DNA from: Candidatus Hydrogenedentota bacterium
Lineage (GTDB): Bacteria; Hydrogenedentota; Hydrogenedentia; Hydrogenedentales; SLHB01
NCBI GenBank assembly: GCA_029552745.1
Contig: JAKPDK010000070.1
Location: forward strand, 325,268-389,267
Direction: 5' to 3'
DNA: 64,000 nt
The notes under the pieces are model-generated. The model searched no databases, was not told where the DNA came from, and worked only from the letters and a program-made list of their open reading frames with translations. Below, piece after piece: positions 31,446 to 39,771 of the stretch; position 1 is the stretch's first letter, and every line of letters starts with the position of its first letter. The position numbers were made by a program, and so were the translations under genes.

Positions 31446-32261
31446 TTATACAAATCTGCGCATGTATTCTAAACTTTTCACTGCAATTGCTTCCGGACCT
31501 GGCTCAAACTTGAACACCTCTACAGAAACATATCCGTCATAATTGATTTCTTTTAGTGCTTGAAAAATCGGGGCAAAATCTACATCACCCCAACCGGGGC
31601 CGTTCAAGTTTGAGTCGTTAGCGTGATAGTGGCGCATATACGGGGCATATTTACGAATAAGTTCAGGACGAGTCTCTTTCTCGGGGGTCATGGCTTTGGT
31701 GTCGAGCATCATTTGGAAGTTAGGGTGGCCGACGGCTTTGACCAGTTCCAATGTTTCCGCGGCGGAGGTACAAAAGTTTGTTTCCAAAGACGTTAAAGGC
31801 TCCATGCAAATCGTTACATTATAGTCTTGGCAAGCTGGCATGGCATAGCGAAACGTCTCTACGGCGTAATCAAAAGCTTGTTGATAAGACAGGTTCTCGT
31901 CCACCATTCTCTGTTTTGGTGAACCAAATATGATGAGACGTCCACCTGTATCAGCGCAAAATCTAACCAGTTCGACGAGATAATCTGCGGTGCGTTTACG
32001 AACGGCCTGGTCTGGGCTATTTATGTGCATACCATCGGGTCCTACCAAAACCCAATGAATGCCGATAATTTCCAGCCCGACTTCTTCGGCTTTTTTACGG
32101 ATTTGTTCACGGACTTGGTTTGGTATCTCGGTTACATACTGTGCCAAGGTGAAAGGGGCAATCTCTAGTCCGTGGTAACCGACCTTTTTTACATATTCGA
32201 TGGTGCGATTGATGTCATTCCAATCCTTGAAGATCTCTGAGCAAATTCCAAATTTAATCAT
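31446..32261 (-). CDS. sugar phosphate isomerase/epimerase (xylose-isomerase-like TIM barrel)
   Basis: 271 aa. GYHGLEIAP...LEIIGIH...LIIFGSP is the AP-endonuclease-2/TIM-barrel family pattern. Confidence 0.8.
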   Translation of the reverse strand: MIKFGICSEIFKDWNDINRTIEYVKKVGYHGLEIAPFTLAQYVTEIPNQVREQIRKKAEEVGLEIIGIHWVLVGPDGMHINSPDQAVRKRTADYLVELVRFCADTGGRLIIFGSPKQRMVDENLSYQQAFDYAVETFRYAMPACQDYNVTICMEPLTSLETNFCTSAAETLELVKAVGHPNFQMMLDTKAMTPEKETRPELIRKYAPYMRHYHANDSNLNGPGWGDVDFAPIFQALKEINYDGYVSVEVFKFEPGPEAIAVKSLEYMRRFV

Positions 32262-33633
32262 GAGTCACATTGCCTCTTTTTCTGTTTTCAGGTTTCGCCG
32301 TTTTAGGCGCGGCCTCGTCAGGATTGTAAACATACACCTGATTGCCGCCGGCTCGTTTGGCATCGTACATGACCGCGTCAGTAAATTGGATAAACGAGCG
32401 CAACGAATACCCTTCGCGATATGACATAAGACCAATGCTTAACGTCAGATTGTCAAAATGGTGCGCCTCAAAGCCTTTCCGTATGCGTTCTGCGATGACC
32501 TTTGCCTGTTCCTCATCTGCCTCGGGCAATATTACGGTAAATTCATCGCCACCGTAACGAAACGCGATATCAACCGAATTTCGTGTGCTTTCTCGTACGA
32601 CGCGCGCCAGCGTTTTCAATACACGGTCCCCCTCCAGATGGCCACGAGAGTCGTTATAGGACTTGAAATTGTCTACATCAAATAAGAGCAGGGACAGGGG
32701 ATGTCCTTGACGTTTGGCGCGTTCGATTTCTGCTTGTAGCCGGTCGTAAAAGTAGCCCTGGTTGTACAGTCCGGTAAGGCTATCCTTTATGGACATTTCC
32801 TTGAGTTCTTGCTCCAGTTTTTTCTGCTCCGTAATGTCTTTGCAAATGGCGAGCGTCGCCACAATCTTGTTGTCTGCGTCTGGCACATGGGAAACGGACA
32901 TGCTCACCGGTACAGTGGAACCATCAGCGCGTACTAGTTCTGACTCATAATTTTGCAGGGCTCTGCCTTGATGAAGCACCCGTTCGATGTAGTTCAACTC
33001 GTTTAAGCCAGCGGCAAACAAGTTCTCCGCTGGCATTCCTACCATTTCTTCTTGCTTGTAACCCAACATGCGTAACGCACCCATGTTGGCGTAATTAATC
33101 TTGCCATCCAAATCGATGGTGATAATGGCATCCACCGTACTGTTCAGTAAGTTTTCGAGGTATTTTTTTGTGGCTTGCAATTCGCTGTTGACACGTTCCA
33201 AATTACGCGTTGCCTCTTCAACGCGTTTTGCCAGGTTTTGCTGATACTCGCGGTTTTCGATAATAAGACGCCGTTTTTCGAAGGCGCGAGAAACTGAAAG
33301 CGAAATTTCGCTTAGGTTGAATGGTTTGAGCACGTAATCATCAGCGCCGACGCGCATGGCTTGGACGGCATTGCCGATTTCCATCAGTGCGGTGACAACC
33401 ACAACAGCGAGGTCTGGGTCAATTTCCTTCGCGAGACGGACGACTTCGATCCCCGACATTTTCGGCATGCGCAAATCGGTGAGGAGAAGGGCGTGTTTTT
33501 GTTCTTTGAGAATCTCTAGGGCATCAAAAGGGGAAGTCGTTAAGGTGCATTGGTACCCCTTCGACGTAAGGTAGTTCCCCAAAAGTTCAACAATACTTTC
33601 TTCGTCGTCGAGTATAAGAATGCGTTCTTCCAA
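32254..33633 (-). CDS. response regulator diguanylate cyclase (receiver - PAS - GGDEF)
   Basis: ILILDDEES...LLLTDLRMPKMSG receiver domain, a PAS segment, and an intact GGDEF motif (RYGGDEFTVIL). Confidence 0.9.
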   Translation of the reverse strand: MEERILILDDEESIVELLGNYLTSKGYQCTLTTSPFDALEILKEQKHALLLTDLRMPKMSGIEVVRLAKEIDPDLAVVVVTALMEIGNAVQAMRVGADDYVLKPFNLSEISLSVSRAFEKRRLIIENREYQQNLAKRVEEATRNLERVNSELQATKKYLENLLNSTVDAIITIDLDGKINYANMGALRMLGYKQEEMVGMPAENLFAAGLNELNYIERVLHQGRALQNYESELVRADGSTVPVSMSVSHVPDADNKIVATLAICKDITEQKKLEQELKEMSIKDSLTGLYNQGYFYDRLQAEIERAKRQGHPLSLLLFDVDNFKSYNDSRGHLEGDRVLKTLARVVRESTRNSVDIAFRYGGDEFTVILPEADEEQAKVIAERIRKGFEAHHFDNLTLSIGLMSYREGYSLRSFIQFTDAVMYDAKRAGGNQVYVYNPDEAAPKTAKPENRKRGNVTHD

Positions 33634-33693
33634 AATGCCCCCGTCTTTATGCGTGGTTTCCGATCAGGTAAAAATATTGGGTTAATTAAGGAT

Positions 33694-33927
33694 TTACAAC
33701 CATTTAATTACAGCAAATGTGACAAAGAAAGCCCCGATTCCTAAAGCTTTTTGCCATCCTTTTGGCGAACGAGGATCCGTGCCTCCTTTTCCTGAGAAAA
33801 GTCCCTCAATCCCTTTTTTTTGCAGATAGTCGCTTTCTTGCGCGTGACAATCCTCGGCCAACCACAACATGAGAAGGCAGCAAAACGAAAGGAGCAATAC
33901 CGTTGCCATGATCTTTTGTCTAGTCAT
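33694..33927 (-). CDS. small membrane-anchored protein (signal peptide plus C-terminal TM), hypothetical
   Basis: The ORF track gives 129 aa to 34083. The internal ATG at 33927 is preceded by AGAAAGG and starts a signal-peptide-like MTRQKIMATVLLLSFCCLLMLWLA. Confidence 0.4.
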   Translation of the reverse strand: MTRQKIMATVLLLSFCCLLMLWLAEDCHAQESDYLQKKGIEGLFSGKGGTDPRSPKGWQKALGIGAFFVTFAVIKWL

Positions 33928-34145
33928 TGCACTCGCCTTTCTTAACGCCTTTTTCAGTGAGCACTCGCAATCCGCCTCGTCTATAGTATTGTACTTTCCA
34001 AAGTGAGAAAATTGCAAGCGGTTCTTTTCATTGCTTTTTGTGGCAGCTTCAGCAAAATCGAAGAAACGCCAAACTTCATTCATGAGAGTATGTGATTCAA
34101 TCCTACGAAGAAATTGGAGGTCGATTCAAGAAGACCAACACTTGT

Positions 34146-34174
34146 TTGACTTGTGAGTGCATACTTGATAAACT
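34146..34174 (+). promoter_or_regulatory. sigma70-like promoter candidate (TTGACT-N17-TAAACT)
   Basis: -35 TTGACT at 34146-34151, a 17-nt spacer, and -10 TAAACT at 34169-34174. It lies 14 nt upstream of the ATG at 34188. Confidence 0.3.
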
Positions 34175-34187
34175 GTGATAAAAGGGG

Positions 34188-34397
34188 ATGGAGTTCCCCG
34201 GAATTGCCGAGTGGCTGATAACTCCTGTTGCGTGGGTTCACGTGACAGGAGTTTTGTTTTTATCTAATTCCTGGCTTTTGTATAGGACGTCGAGTTCGTC
34301 TGGTCTTTCCGTCAGAGGACGGTTTGAACTGTACCTGATTTTGTCAGCCCGCGACGGTAGAACGGGAGTAAGTCAACGTGTCGCAGGAACCTTTTGA
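34188..34397 (+). other. leader region with a short ORF (69 codons in the ORF track) containing an intrinsic terminator; candidate attenuator
   Basis: The ATG at 34188 has an AAAGGGG RBS. The terminator hairpin sits within codons 12-22. The ORF end overlaps the GTG start of the next gene. Confidence 0.35.
34222..34264 (+). terminator. Rho-independent terminator
   Basis: Stem CTCCTGT-TG-CGTG(GGTT)CACG-TG-ACAGGAG followed by TTTTGTTTTTATC. The upstream GGAGTT (34190-34195) can pair instead with AACTCC (34220-34225), giving a competing anti-terminator. Confidence 0.6.
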
Positions 34398-34863
34398 AAA
34401 TCATCCGAAGGAAGTCATTGAAAACCACAGAAGAGTAATTTCTATCACCTTGGCGCTTTTGGATGAACGTCTCTGCAATATTGAGGCGTGGATATTAGGT
34501 CGAGAAGAAAAGGGTGTCCTATACAAAGAGGAAAACAAACTTACAGGGGAGCAACGGGAGGAGATCCGAAATGAAATCAACGCCATTCGAAACATCTTGG
34601 AGGAATTGAAAAGCACCCTGGATTTATTTCCACGAACCGTGGATTCGACCACTACTATTCGGGGAGCCTGTTACGCCGTCATGGAACCCCTATGCGAATT
34701 GGACCCAAAGCACCTAGCAGGGTATGGCAGACCGAGTGATTTTATGTTGTCCTATTTTGAACCGCGGCGCACAGAGATGTTGGCGCATATCGAGAAAGTG
34801 CTGCAGGCTGTAAGCCGTGGAAATGTTTCGGAAAAAGGGGGCAAACATGAGCCGAGAACGTGA
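34378..34863 (+). CDS. hypothetical protein (predicted all-helical)
   Basis: 161-aa ORF with a GTG start after GGGAG. Its 3' end overlaps the next gene's start by 17 nt. Confidence 0.5.
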   Translation: MSQEPFENHPKEVIENHRRVISITLALLDERLCNIEAWILGREEKGVLYKEENKLTGEQREEIRNEINAIRNILEELKSTLDLFPRTVDSTTTIRGACYAVMEPLCELDPKHLAGYGRPSDFMLSYFEPRRTEMLAHIEKVLQAVSRGNVSEKGGKHEPRT

Positions 34864-35527
34864 GAAACACATTCCCTACTATGTCGTTCTTGATGCTTTG
34901 AAACAATCTCAGGGTTGTTTCTTGTGTAGTCTTGAGGCTCAATCGTTGGACAACTATTTCGAGACCCTGCTGTATGAGCACGTTAATGACCCCGATGTCC
35001 GAAAAAATCTAAAGATTTCCGCTGGGTACTGCAATCGTCACGCAAGTCGCCTGGTGAAGCAAGGGGACAGTTTCGGGACATCGATTCTTTATTCTGACCA
35101 TGTAGAAAGATTCTTGGACGAAATAGAAAACTTAATAGTCTCCAGGAGGCGAAGCGAGAAAACCAAACGGGAGATTTGGTGTAACCATGTCGGTTGTCCG
35201 GCGTGTAGTTTTCAGTTCGAGACCCGCCGCCGACACATTGAGGTGTTCACGGAGTGGTTCGATGAAAGCGAGATGCTCGATGCGTTTCACAAAGGCACTG
35301 GAATGTGTATTCCTCACTTTTTTGACGCGTATTTTTCCCTTACAAAAAAAGAAAAACGGGAGCAACTATGTTCGATTGTCAGAAAGAAATACGAAGAACT
35401 TCGGGATGATTTACGAGAGTTGCAGAGAAAAAACAACTGGCGCTTTTCGAGGGAACCCGTGGGAAAAGAGCGAGACTCTTGGAAAAGGGCCGTTGATTTT
35501 GTTGCCGGTGGCGAAGGCCTTTTCTAA
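34847..35527 (+). CDS. Cys-rich hypothetical protein with a duplicated CxxC...CxxH motif (putative metal-binding)
   Basis: The ATG at 34847 has a GGGGG RBS. Motifs: CFLC...(33 aa)...CNRH, then CPAC...(20 aa)...CIPH. Confidence 0.55.
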   Translation: MSREREKHIPYYVVLDALKQSQGCFLCSLEAQSLDNYFETLLYEHVNDPDVRKNLKISAGYCNRHASRLVKQGDSFGTSILYSDHVERFLDEIENLIVSRRRSEKTKREIWCNHVGCPACSFQFETRRRHIEVFTEWFDESEMLDAFHKGTGMCIPHFFDAYFSLTKKEKREQLCSIVRKKYEELRDDLRELQRKNNWRFSREPVGKERDSWKRAVDFVAGGEGLF

Positions 35528-35673
35528 CTCATATTTATGAGCGCCGCCGCGCTTCACCACCCTTTGTCCGTCTTAAAACGGTCTTGGTAAGACTCGACTT
35601 TGATTCCATCCACTCTTTCATAAGCAGGCTGAACGATTCCCAAAAAGGAAAAACCTATAAGGAGACTACTGTA

Positions 35674-36915
35674 ATGGAACAAGCATTTGCTATTGCTGCG
35701 TTATGGCTGGGACTTGCCGTTTTGGCTACCTCATTATCAAATCATCTACGCGTTTCCGTAGCCCTCATGGAGATCTGTGTTGGGGTGGTTGCGGGCGCTG
35801 TTGCAGAACGGTTTTGGGGCGCAGACAGCTTGGGAAACAATCTACCTTGGTTACGTTTTCTCGCGAGTACTGCCGCGGTGGTTTTGACTTTTCTCGCAGG
35901 GGCTGAATTGGAACCGAGTGTACTGCGCACCAAATGGAAGGAAGTCCTGATAGTTGGTTTTATAGGTTTTTTGGCTCCCTTCTTGGGATGTTCAGCGCTT
36001 GCCTATTACGTTCTGGGTTGGACGGGGCGAGCAAGTCTGCTGGCGGGTGTTGCACTTTCAACGACATCCATGGCTGTGGTCTATGCGGTGATGCTGGAAA
36101 CAGGACTAAACGTGACAGATTACGGGAAGGGAATTCTGGGGGCATGTTTCGTGAACGATTTGGGGACGGTTGTGGCTTTGGGATTACTTTTTGCTCCGTT
36201 TACGTATCGCACGGTGATATTTCTTGTTGTCCTTTGTTTATCGTTGGTCTTTTTACCCGTGATCACAAGACGTCTGATTGGGCTTTATGCCTATCGAACC
36301 GCTGCGGTTCGCACGAAATGGGTGTTGGCGGTATTGTTTGCTTTAGGGGCGTTAGCGATTTGGAGCGGCAGTGAGGCGGTACTGCCGGCATATTTGATCG
36401 GTATGGTTTTAGCTGGGGTCGCTGGAGAGGACCATCACTGGGTACGACGTTTGCGCACCTTAACTATTGGACTTCTCACTCCCTTTTACTTTATACGAGC
36501 CGGGGCGTTGGTCTCGCTGCCCGCATTGATCACGGCTCCTTTGGTGGGTCTGTTATTATTCGGAGGAAAAGTTGCAACCAAGATTTTTGGCCTTTATCCC
36601 GTGATCGGCGTTTTTCAGAAAGAGAAGAATGCCCGTTGGTATTATACGCTGCTTATGTCGACGGGATTGACCTTCGGAACAATCTCCGCTTTGTATGGTT
36701 TCACCAATGGTATTGTGGACAGGGAACAATACTCTTTACTCGTTGCGGTGGTGATTGGTAGTGCGGTTATTCCGACGCTTATTGCCAACTTCGTCTTTTT
36801 ACCGAAGCACTTGATTCCGTGCACGCCTATCGCTGATGATGAACTCGCGCAGCTGGAAAAAGAATCCTGGGACGAAACTGCAAACGGCGAGGAACCTGGC
36901 ATACAAGAAGAGTGA
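35674..36915 (+). CDS. cation:proton antiporter (CPA1/CPA2-type Na+/H+ exchanger family)
   Basis: About 12 TM segments in a Na_H_Exchanger-like arrangement. The ATG at 35674 has an AGGAGA RBS. The ORF track begins earlier at 35584. Confidence 0.8.
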   Translation: MEQAFAIAALWLGLAVLATSLSNHLRVSVALMEICVGVVAGAVAERFWGADSLGNNLPWLRFLASTAAVVLTFLAGAELEPSVLRTKWKEVLIVGFIGFLAPFLGCSALAYYVLGWTGRASLLAGVALSTTSMAVVYAVMLETGLNVTDYGKGILGACFVNDLGTVVALGLLFAPFTYRTVIFLVVLCLSLVFLPVITRRLIGLYAYRTAAVRTKWVLAVLFALGALAIWSGSEAVLPAYLIGMVLAGVAGEDHHWVRRLRTLTIGLLTPFYFIRAGALVSLPALITAPLVGLLLFGGKVATKIFGLYPVIGVFQKEKNARWYYTLLMSTGLTFGTISALYGFTNGIVDREQYSLLVAVVIGSAVIPTLIANFVFLPKHLIPCTPIADDELAQLEKESWDETANGEEPGIQEE

Positions 36916-37156
36916 CCCCAAGTTGCATAGTCTTGAACTCGCGAAGAGCAAAGAGGGCTTAGATCATGCTAGCGCCGCCATTGTATGTGAGAATTTTGGC
37001 ATGGGTGTGTCGTGTGTGCCCGGTGTGTATTGTCCGAAGGAGGTTTCCCGCCTCGAGTTTCGCCAAAACTGTCAAGAAATTTGAGCAGTCTTGTCCTTTT
37101 TGTCGGGCATACGAAATCACACAGCTTTCACGGTCAAAACAACAATTGTCTTAACC

Positions 37157-38209
37157 TTAAACGCGAGTCTCCCATCGGCGTAAGCCCATTCGGGAGAGGT
37201 AAGTTGGGATGACTTGGAACGCGGGATTCAGTTGATTCAGCTCACGGACAAAGCGGCGTTTCTTTTCTCCTTCAGGTCCAAACAGCAAGGTCAGCGAGCC
37301 ACCTTTACCTCCTGCCCCGTTGACTTTCCAGCCAATTGCCCCATGGTGTCTTGCCAGGTCGATTACTTGGTCGGCTTCTTCGCTTACTAGGTGCGGATGC
37401 AATGACCGTTGTCCCTCCGTATTCTCGACCATGCAACGAGCAAATGCATCAAAATCTCCGGCATATAGCGCATTCTTGCCCGCGATTGCTGCTCTTCTCA
37501 ATGGCTCGAGCGCGGCTTCCTTATCGCGTTCATCTTTTTCCAAGCTTTGAATTACCTGTTTGTGGATATCACTAGACGAATGGGTGTGCCCCAGGAAAAC
37601 CAGAGCGAGTCGTCTTTCCAGCTCCCACCAGTCGCTATTGGGAAGATGCAGTTGAGAGACAGTGGCGTACGGATACTGAAACATTTCAATAAAACAGATG
37701 CCGCCGTAAGCGGAGCAAAGTTGGTCTTGAATACCGCATTGCAACCCCAACTTTTCGGTCTCCACTCGATGCGCCAACATTGCCACCTCGTGGGGTGTAC
37801 GGTGTCCAGGTGTCAGGGCATCAAGGGCTCCAAGCAAAGCGACCGCGACAGCGGCGGAAGTGCCGGTGGAACAACCCGCTGGTGCCGCGCAATATAGATT
37901 CACTTCAAAACACATGTTCGCTGGAATGCCCATAATATCAATCGAGGCTTCTAACAAGGGATGTTTGTCATAGTGGGTAGTCGGAGGACAAATCTCGTAG
38001 CGGTCGCCAAAGTTTTCAGCATTGATGATGATCCTGTTATTTCGTTCTTTATTCTCCGTCACGTAGACTTGGACTTCCGCGTAAGGGTACACGCCGATGT
38101 TTAGCACTGCACCTCGCCCCGCAAACCATGTATCGCTCCAGCCACCCAGGTCACAGATACGAATCGGCGCCACCGCGTTGATAATACGTCGAACATTTTC
38201 TTCGGCCAT
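37157..38209 (-). CDS. GHMP-family sugar kinase, fucokinase/heptose-kinase-like
   Basis: APIRICDLGGWSDT at the N-terminus and the GHMP motif AAPAGCSTGTSAAVAVAL. The ATG at 38209 is preferred over 38251. Confidence 0.7.
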   Translation of the reverse strand: MAEENVRRIINAVAPIRICDLGGWSDTWFAGRGAVLNIGVYPYAEVQVYVTENKERNNRIIINAENFGDRYEICPPTTHYDKHPLLEASIDIMGIPANMCFEVNLYCAAPAGCSTGTSAAVAVALLGALDALTPGHRTPHEVAMLAHRVETEKLGLQCGIQDQLCSAYGGICFIEMFQYPYATVSQLHLPNSDWWELERRLALVFLGHTHSSSDIHKQVIQSLEKDERDKEAALEPLRRAAIAGKNALYAGDFDAFARCMVENTEGQRSLHPHLVSEEADQVIDLARHHGAIGWKVNGAGGKGGSLTLLFGPEGEKKRRFVRELNQLNPAFQVIPTYLSRMGLRRWETRV

Positions 38210-38372
38210 CAGAAGCGAGCCTTTCCAGCGTTTGAAAAATGAACAGCCCAAACGATTCTTTTGTATATGTTAAACCTTTTGGATTAGATTATTGAAATTC
38301 AGAACAGAAGTGTCGCAGGCGGCCTTGAAGAATGTTTGTTTTCTTAGGCCAATTTTACAAAAAGGGGAGTAT

Positions 38373-39752
38373 ATGGGAAAGAATCGCGTGGAACAACAAA
38401 AAGCCTTGCAGGGAAGCCTTCGAGCGGTCACCCGTACAGAACGTCGAGGGAAACCGAAGATAGGCAAAGAAGAGTTTCTGTCGGTTGCCCAGCGGTTTGG
38501 TCTCTCGAAACGCGCTTTGTCGCAGGTCAGCAAGATTTTAGATGGAGAGGACTGGGGCGCAGGTCCGTTTCTGGCAAATTATTATTCCAATCTCAAAGAG
38601 ACCAAGGTGCAGGAGTTTGAACGTGTTGCTCGCACCATGTTCCAGGTAAAGTATGCGTTGGGACTAAGTTCTGGGACAGCTGCGCTACACTGTGCCATGG
38701 TAGGTGCCGGTGTAGGTCCGGGGACAGAAGTGATCTGTTCGGCGATAGGTTTTTTTGCTACAGCGGCAGCGGTTGTTGCGGCAAAAGGTATTCCCGTCTT
38801 TTGTGATGTTGACGAATCGCTACATATGGATCCCCAAAAAATCGAGTCACTTATCTCGGACCGTACGGTTGCCATTGCCCCTACCCACGTAATGGGTGGC
38901 GTATGTGATATGGGACCTATTATGAGCATTGCGAGGAAGCATAATCTTAAGGTCATAGAAGACTGTGCCCAGTCTTGCGGTGCGACCTATAAAGGTAAAT
39001 ACGTGGGCACAATTGGAGACGTCGGCTGTTTTAGTATCAGCGCTTATAAGATTGTTGGTGGCGGAGAGGGCGGACTTCTCCTTACTAATGACCAGCGCAT
39101 TTGGGAGCGTGCCGCAAACACGGCGGAGTGTGGGGGGCTGTGGCGGCCAGACCGGTTTGCGCCTCCGCGTTACGAAGATGAGCTGTTTTGTGGGACGAAC
39201 TATCGCATGTCCGAATTGGAAGCGGCAGTGGACGTGCCGCAATTGCGCAAAATGCCGGCAACCGTGAACCGGTTCCGAAATGTGAGGAATCGCATTTTAT
39301 CACGTCTGAAATCCTACCGGGGTGTGACGCCACAAAAGTCAAACGATAAACAAGGGGAGATTGGCTACTTGGTTCGATTTTTCCCGGAGAGCTACGAGTT
39401 GGGAGAACGAATCGTGCGGAGTCTTAGAGAGCGTGAGATCCCCGCAGGCATGCGCGGACCAAACGCTCCTCCCGATTGGCATATCTATCACTGGATGTTT
39501 CCCATCACGCTGCAAGCCTATGCGGGCGGAGCAAATTGTCCATTTTATTGCCCCTTGTATAAGGAACGCGGCGGAAACATTAAGTACAAGAAAGGGGACT
39601 GTCCTGTTGCCGACGACTTGTTTGACCGTGTGATAAACATTAGCCTCAATCAGTGGTTGACCGCTTCGGACTGTCGCGAGTTTGCGAAAAGGATCAACGA
39701 CGCGCTCGCGGAGCATTGTCCGGCAGATCCGACTGCCCCTTCTTGGTTCTAA
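38373..39752 (+). CDS. DegT/DnrJ/EryC1/StrS-family PLP-dependent sugar aminotransferase (or dehydratase)
   Basis: GLSSGTAALHCAM, the PLP lysine in FSISAYKIVGGGEGGLLLTND. The ATG at 38373 has an AAAGGGGAG RBS. About 60-80 aa longer than typical members. Confidence 0.8.
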   Translation: MGKNRVEQQKALQGSLRAVTRTERRGKPKIGKEEFLSVAQRFGLSKRALSQVSKILDGEDWGAGPFLANYYSNLKETKVQEFERVARTMFQVKYALGLSSGTAALHCAMVGAGVGPGTEVICSAIGFFATAAAVVAAKGIPVFCDVDESLHMDPQKIESLISDRTVAIAPTHVMGGVCDMGPIMSIARKHNLKVIEDCAQSCGATYKGKYVGTIGDVGCFSISAYKIVGGGEGGLLLTNDQRIWERAANTAECGGLWRPDRFAPPRYEDELFCGTNYRMSELEAAVDVPQLRKMPATVNRFRNVRNRILSRLKSYRGVTPQKSNDKQGEIGYLVRFFPESYELGERIVRSLREREIPAGMRGPNAPPDWHIYHWMFPITLQAYAGGANCPFYCPLYKERGGNIKYKKGDCPVADDLFDRVINISLNQWLTASDCREFAKRINDALAEHCPADPTAPSWF

Positions 39753-39771
39753 TTTTCAGGATCTTTGAGAA

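Noticed and set aside
34188-34265. Possible tRNA/tmRNA-like cloverleaf (GGAGTTCCCC...GGGTTCACG)
   Set aside because: There is no 7-bp acceptor stem and no T-loop of the GTTCRANYC type. The hairpins are better explained as an anti-terminator/terminator pair followed by a U-tract.
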